Part shown: positions 60,696 through 64,000 of the stretch, piece after piece
Position numbering within the stretch: the stretch's first letter is position 1
Layout of the letters: the number at the start of each line of letters is the position of its first letter
Assembly: GCF_018350175.1 (NCBI RefSeq)
Contig: NC_058383.1
Coordinates: 27,530,001-27,594,000 of the forward strand
Origin: Felis catus
Taxonomy: Eukaryota
Direction of reading: 5' to 3'
Length of the DNA: 64,000 nucleotides
The notes under the pieces: model-generated
Databases searched by the model: none
The model's input: only the letters and a program-made list of their open reading frames with translations
Told to the model about the DNA's origin: nothing
Position numbers and translations under genes: made by a program

Positions 60696-61699
60696 CTTCT
60701 TGAGGTTGTACTGTCAGAGTAAACTTGGGAATCAGGGGGTCCCTGTGTCCTTCCCTGTGCTGTCCTCCCCCATGCAAAGAAGAGGGAGCAGGTGACTCTG
60801 GTCTTTCTATCCTGTTGGGGCCAGGCCAGGAACAGGAGTGTCCTTTCTGAGCTGTAGGCAAACGCTGATCCCAGCGTTTGGATCAGCAAGATGCCGAGTT
60901 TGAATGACAGGAGGGAGCACCCGGACACAGTCAAGCAAGAGGTGGGGAGGGCTGGGGACGAGACGGGAGTCAAGATCTCAGTAAGGAGTCTCATGATGGC
61001 TGGAGAATCTGGGAAGGGAGGTGAAGCGGGTGTGAATTGCGGACGGTCGGGGTGAACCGGATGCATCGAAAAGGCGGAGACTGGAAGGACTCCACCAAAC
61101 GGGATGGACGACAGCCAGAGGCAAGTCTCCCGAGGCAGCTGTGTCCACGCTTCACTCCCAAGACTCACGATGCTTTCAGTCACCATGTTGAGACCACCTG
61201 AGGTCTGCAGGGAGAGGACTCCTGTGCCAAACAAAGCAGCTGTGGGTTGTACGCTTTCTGAATACCAGAAAGGTCAGCATAAGCAGGTGGCGTCGCTGCC
61301 CTAGGCCTCATTTCCCTCATGTCTAAAATGCAGAAGGGGTCTGTGGCTGAGAGAGCAGACAGCATGTCTGCTTGAACTGAGCCTCCCACCACCCCCTTGA
61401 ACCTCAAACATGTGGGGGCATATCTGTGGGCATATCTAGCCAACTGATGGTGGGGGGTGGGAGTGGATAGAAGATTCCTCAAGGGTAGGAATGGTGTGGA
61501 AAAGCCTCCTGGAAGACAGGGTGAAAAAGGTCAGCTGCAGCAAACAACTGGGGGCCAAACTTCTCTGAGGTCAGGGGAAGGGGAGATCTTTGCACAGGGT
61601 GATTGGTGGTCATGGCTGAAACCATCCCAGGAGGCATTTCCAAGCCCCAAGAGCAGACCGAGGTAACAACAACTCAGATCTAGTCTTCACACTTAGGAG

Positions 61700-61850
61700 T
61701 TCGGTATTATTATCCCCATTGTACAGATGAGGAAACTGAGGCACAGAGAGGTTAAGTCACTTATGAAAGGTCACCCAACTAGGAAGTGGCAGCACTGGGT
61801 TTCAAACTGAGGCCACCTGGCTCCATAGCACATGCTCTTAACCACTATAC
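61700..61850 (-). mobile_element. MIR SINE, well-preserved core
   Basis: attatccccattgtacagatgaggaaactgaggcacagagaggttaagtcactt..aggtcac..gctcttaaccact. Confidence 0.92.
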
Positions 61851-62921
61851 ATGAGGCTTCGCTATTAGAAATCAAATCGGTAGGAAGGACTCCAGGAAAC
61901 ACTGCAACATGTTGGGGCCAAACAACACTGCCTTGGGTCACTTCTAACTGGTTATCAGAATAGGGCTGACAGGAGAGAAAGTTCTCTCCCAGACCGTAAG
62001 CTAGCTTTGGTTTCATCCTGGACCATAGGCTAGCTTTGGCATCTAAAGGCAGCCTGGAGGCAGAGCAAGGAGGGGAGAAGAACTCTATGGGCAGGAATGA
62101 TGGTGCCCAGCAGAGTGGCACAGGGGTACATGAAAACTCTAGGAAGGAATGTGTTCTTTTTTTTTTTTTAGGAGGGAATGCATTCTTGAGCAATCTGAGA
62201 AAGCATGGGGGTTCAGAGCCCCCTGGAAAGCAATCTGCATGAGGCCAAGATCTCCAGTATAGGTAGGGCCAGAAGATGCTGGGTATTCCAACTGTCCTGA
62301 TGGGTGAGCTGTCAAGAAACTATAAATATTTCCCTCTTCTTAGTGACTTGTTACAGAGAGGCCAGATATAATTTTCTTGGAGAGGGAACAGGGCTGGGCA
62401 AGTCCATTTTACTCAGATTTCAAGAATGTTTCTATTAGAGAAAGGAAGATTCAGGATGCTTTGAGCAGGGAAGAGATTTCAAGGTGACCTTGAGGAAGGA
62501 GCCAGCATTATGAAATGTTTTTGATCGAGTAGAACAAGATAAGCTGCTCATGTTTTGGAAGGGTTCAAAGCCCTGGACACCAGCTGAAATAAGAAAATTC
62601 AATTTCTGGCATAAGACTGTGCTTTTTCTGCCTTCTAGGAGAATATACACATCCAGCCCTCCGCCCCCTCATGAAAGCAGAGTGTTCCTCAGTGGTGATC
62701 CCGACATAAACAGGGCTGTAAAGGCAGGCTTGCATGGCACAGGTGATGTTGCCCGTAGGTGTTTGGAGACAGGATTACTGTTTCAGGCCACATTCTTCCA
62801 TGCAGCCCCTCCCGTAGCTGGCACTGGGACCTGGGAGTGGCCCAGGGTTATTTCAGTATCCGGTTTTCTTTTGTTCTCCCATAATAAACAATACAGAAAA
62901 CTCCTCTGTGTTTATCTAAGA

Positions 62922-63124
62922 CAGCACGGTCCAGCACAACTTTCTGCATGGATGAAAATGTGCTGTATCTGTGTTGTCCAATATGGCAGCCACTAGCTAC
63001 CTTGGGCCACGGAGCACTTGAAACATGGCAAGTGCCATGGAGAAACTCCATTTTAAATCTTACTTCATTTAAATGAATTTAAATAGGTGTATGTGGCTAG
63101 GGGCTATCTCATGAGAAAGCACAG
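62922..63124 (+). mobile_element. MER3 hAT MITE
   Basis: aactttctgc..gatgaaaatgt..tgtccaatatggcagccactagc..gagcacttgaaa..atgtggctag. Confidence 0.88.
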
Positions 63125-63134
63125 TGCTGAAAGA

Positions 63135-63360
63135 TTCAGTGGAAAGAAAAGGGCCGACCCAGAATGGGTCTGAATTTCGCCTCTACCTTTCACTAGCTGT
63201 GGGACCTTGGACAGGTGTCTTAACCTCTCTGACCCCAGTCTCCTCACCTGAAAAATGGGGATGATGGTATCTATGTGGCAGGATTATTGTGGAAATGAGT
63301 TACGCATATAGATTACATGGCAGGCCATATGCATTTAGTACGTCGTAGCTAGAGCTGTTA
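63135..63360 (+). mobile_element. MIR SINE
   Basis: cactagctgtgggaccttggacaggtgtcttaacctctctgaccccagtctcctcacctgaaaaatggggat. Confidence 0.88.
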
Positions 63361-63926
63361 GGTATTAAGTGCAATCCGCGATGGGCTTGTGATTTCTCGC
63401 TGACACTGGGAGGGCAAAGTGAAGGTGAGAACTGAGGGGTCTGATCTGTGCTGTCCTATGGAAAGTGATGAGGAGCCTGCAGGGGGCCAACGGCAGGACA
63501 TGTTCACATTCAGAACTACCCCCCCACACACACACACACTCATATACACTGGGCAGCAAGAGGGTCCTGGGCACTGGCGGGAGAGTGGGGGTGGCAGGTG
63601 CTGCCTCTTTGCATTACCAGCTCTGCCCACTACTGATCATACCCGATGAAAAGGAGCCCCTCTTCTAGGGACCAAGTGCCTCAGGAAGGGCAAGGATAAG
63701 GAGCCAGAGAGACAGAGAGGGACCGGGAGGGGAGGGGACATGAAACCAACACAAACATGGGCAGAGACAGGAGGGGTACAGAGAGACAAGGAAAAGACGG
63801 AAATAGACAGAAATCATAAAGACAGATACCTGAGAGCCGAGAACAGCGAAGACACAGAGACAGAAGACACAGAGATGAAAGGAAGAGATAGAGACAGAGC
63901 TAGATTGAGAGTCAGAGAAAAACACA

Positions 63927-63930
<4 letters not shown>

Positions 63931-63976
<46 letters not shown>
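63931..63976 (+). repeat. (AC)23 microsatellite, preceded by a degenerate GAGACA-rich tract (about 63700-63920)
   Basis: Direct reading. Confidence 0.99.
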
Positions 63977-63977
<1 letters not shown>

Positions 63978-64000
63978 GAAGAAGAGCTGGGAAAAGCACA

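Noticed and set aside
60491..61234. 247-aa ORF, the longest in the window
   Set aside because: Non-ATG start; its last third is the (TTTC)n/(TC)n repeat and the rest resembles decayed L2.
63665..63999. Cys/Val-rich membrane-like ORFs
   Set aside because: Translations of (GT)n and degenerate TCTCTG repeats.
1..64000. Novel multi-gene system, operon or CRISPR array
   Set aside because: The DNA is repeat-rich mammalian non-coding sequence. Repeated units are dispersed SINEs and simple repeats, not repeat-spacer arrays, and no credible host gene was found.

Overview
This 64 kb window is non-coding mammalian genomic DNA from a carnivoran, almost certainly a felid. It carries 15 tRNA-derived CanSINEs of the feline SINEC_Fc type, two of them near-identical and very young. 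Most recognisable sequence is transposable element: carnivore and older LINE-1 fragments, a probable HAL1, many MIR and L2 relics, MaLR/ERVL solo LTRs (MLT1, MER21-like), hAT DNA transposons (five MER20, plus MER58, MER63, MER3/33, MER5, MER102) and microsatellites. I found no credible host protein-coding exon, RNA gene, CpG island or CRISPR array. The supplied ORFs are L1 remnants, SINE or microsatellite read-throughs, or chance ORFs. Between the repeats lie several AT-rich, repeat-free blocks dense in homeodomain/FOX/SOX/POU-type motifs, as expected for a gene desert or large intron near a developmental gene; I cannot name the locus. I cannot support a novel biological system here. The best leads are candidate enhancer blocks, a MER20 cluster, nested insertions with readable target-site duplications (TSDs), young possibly polymorphic SINEs, and strong non-B-DNA motifs. 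Repeat families were recognised by eye from remembered consensus sequences, so subfamily names and old-element boundaries are approximate.
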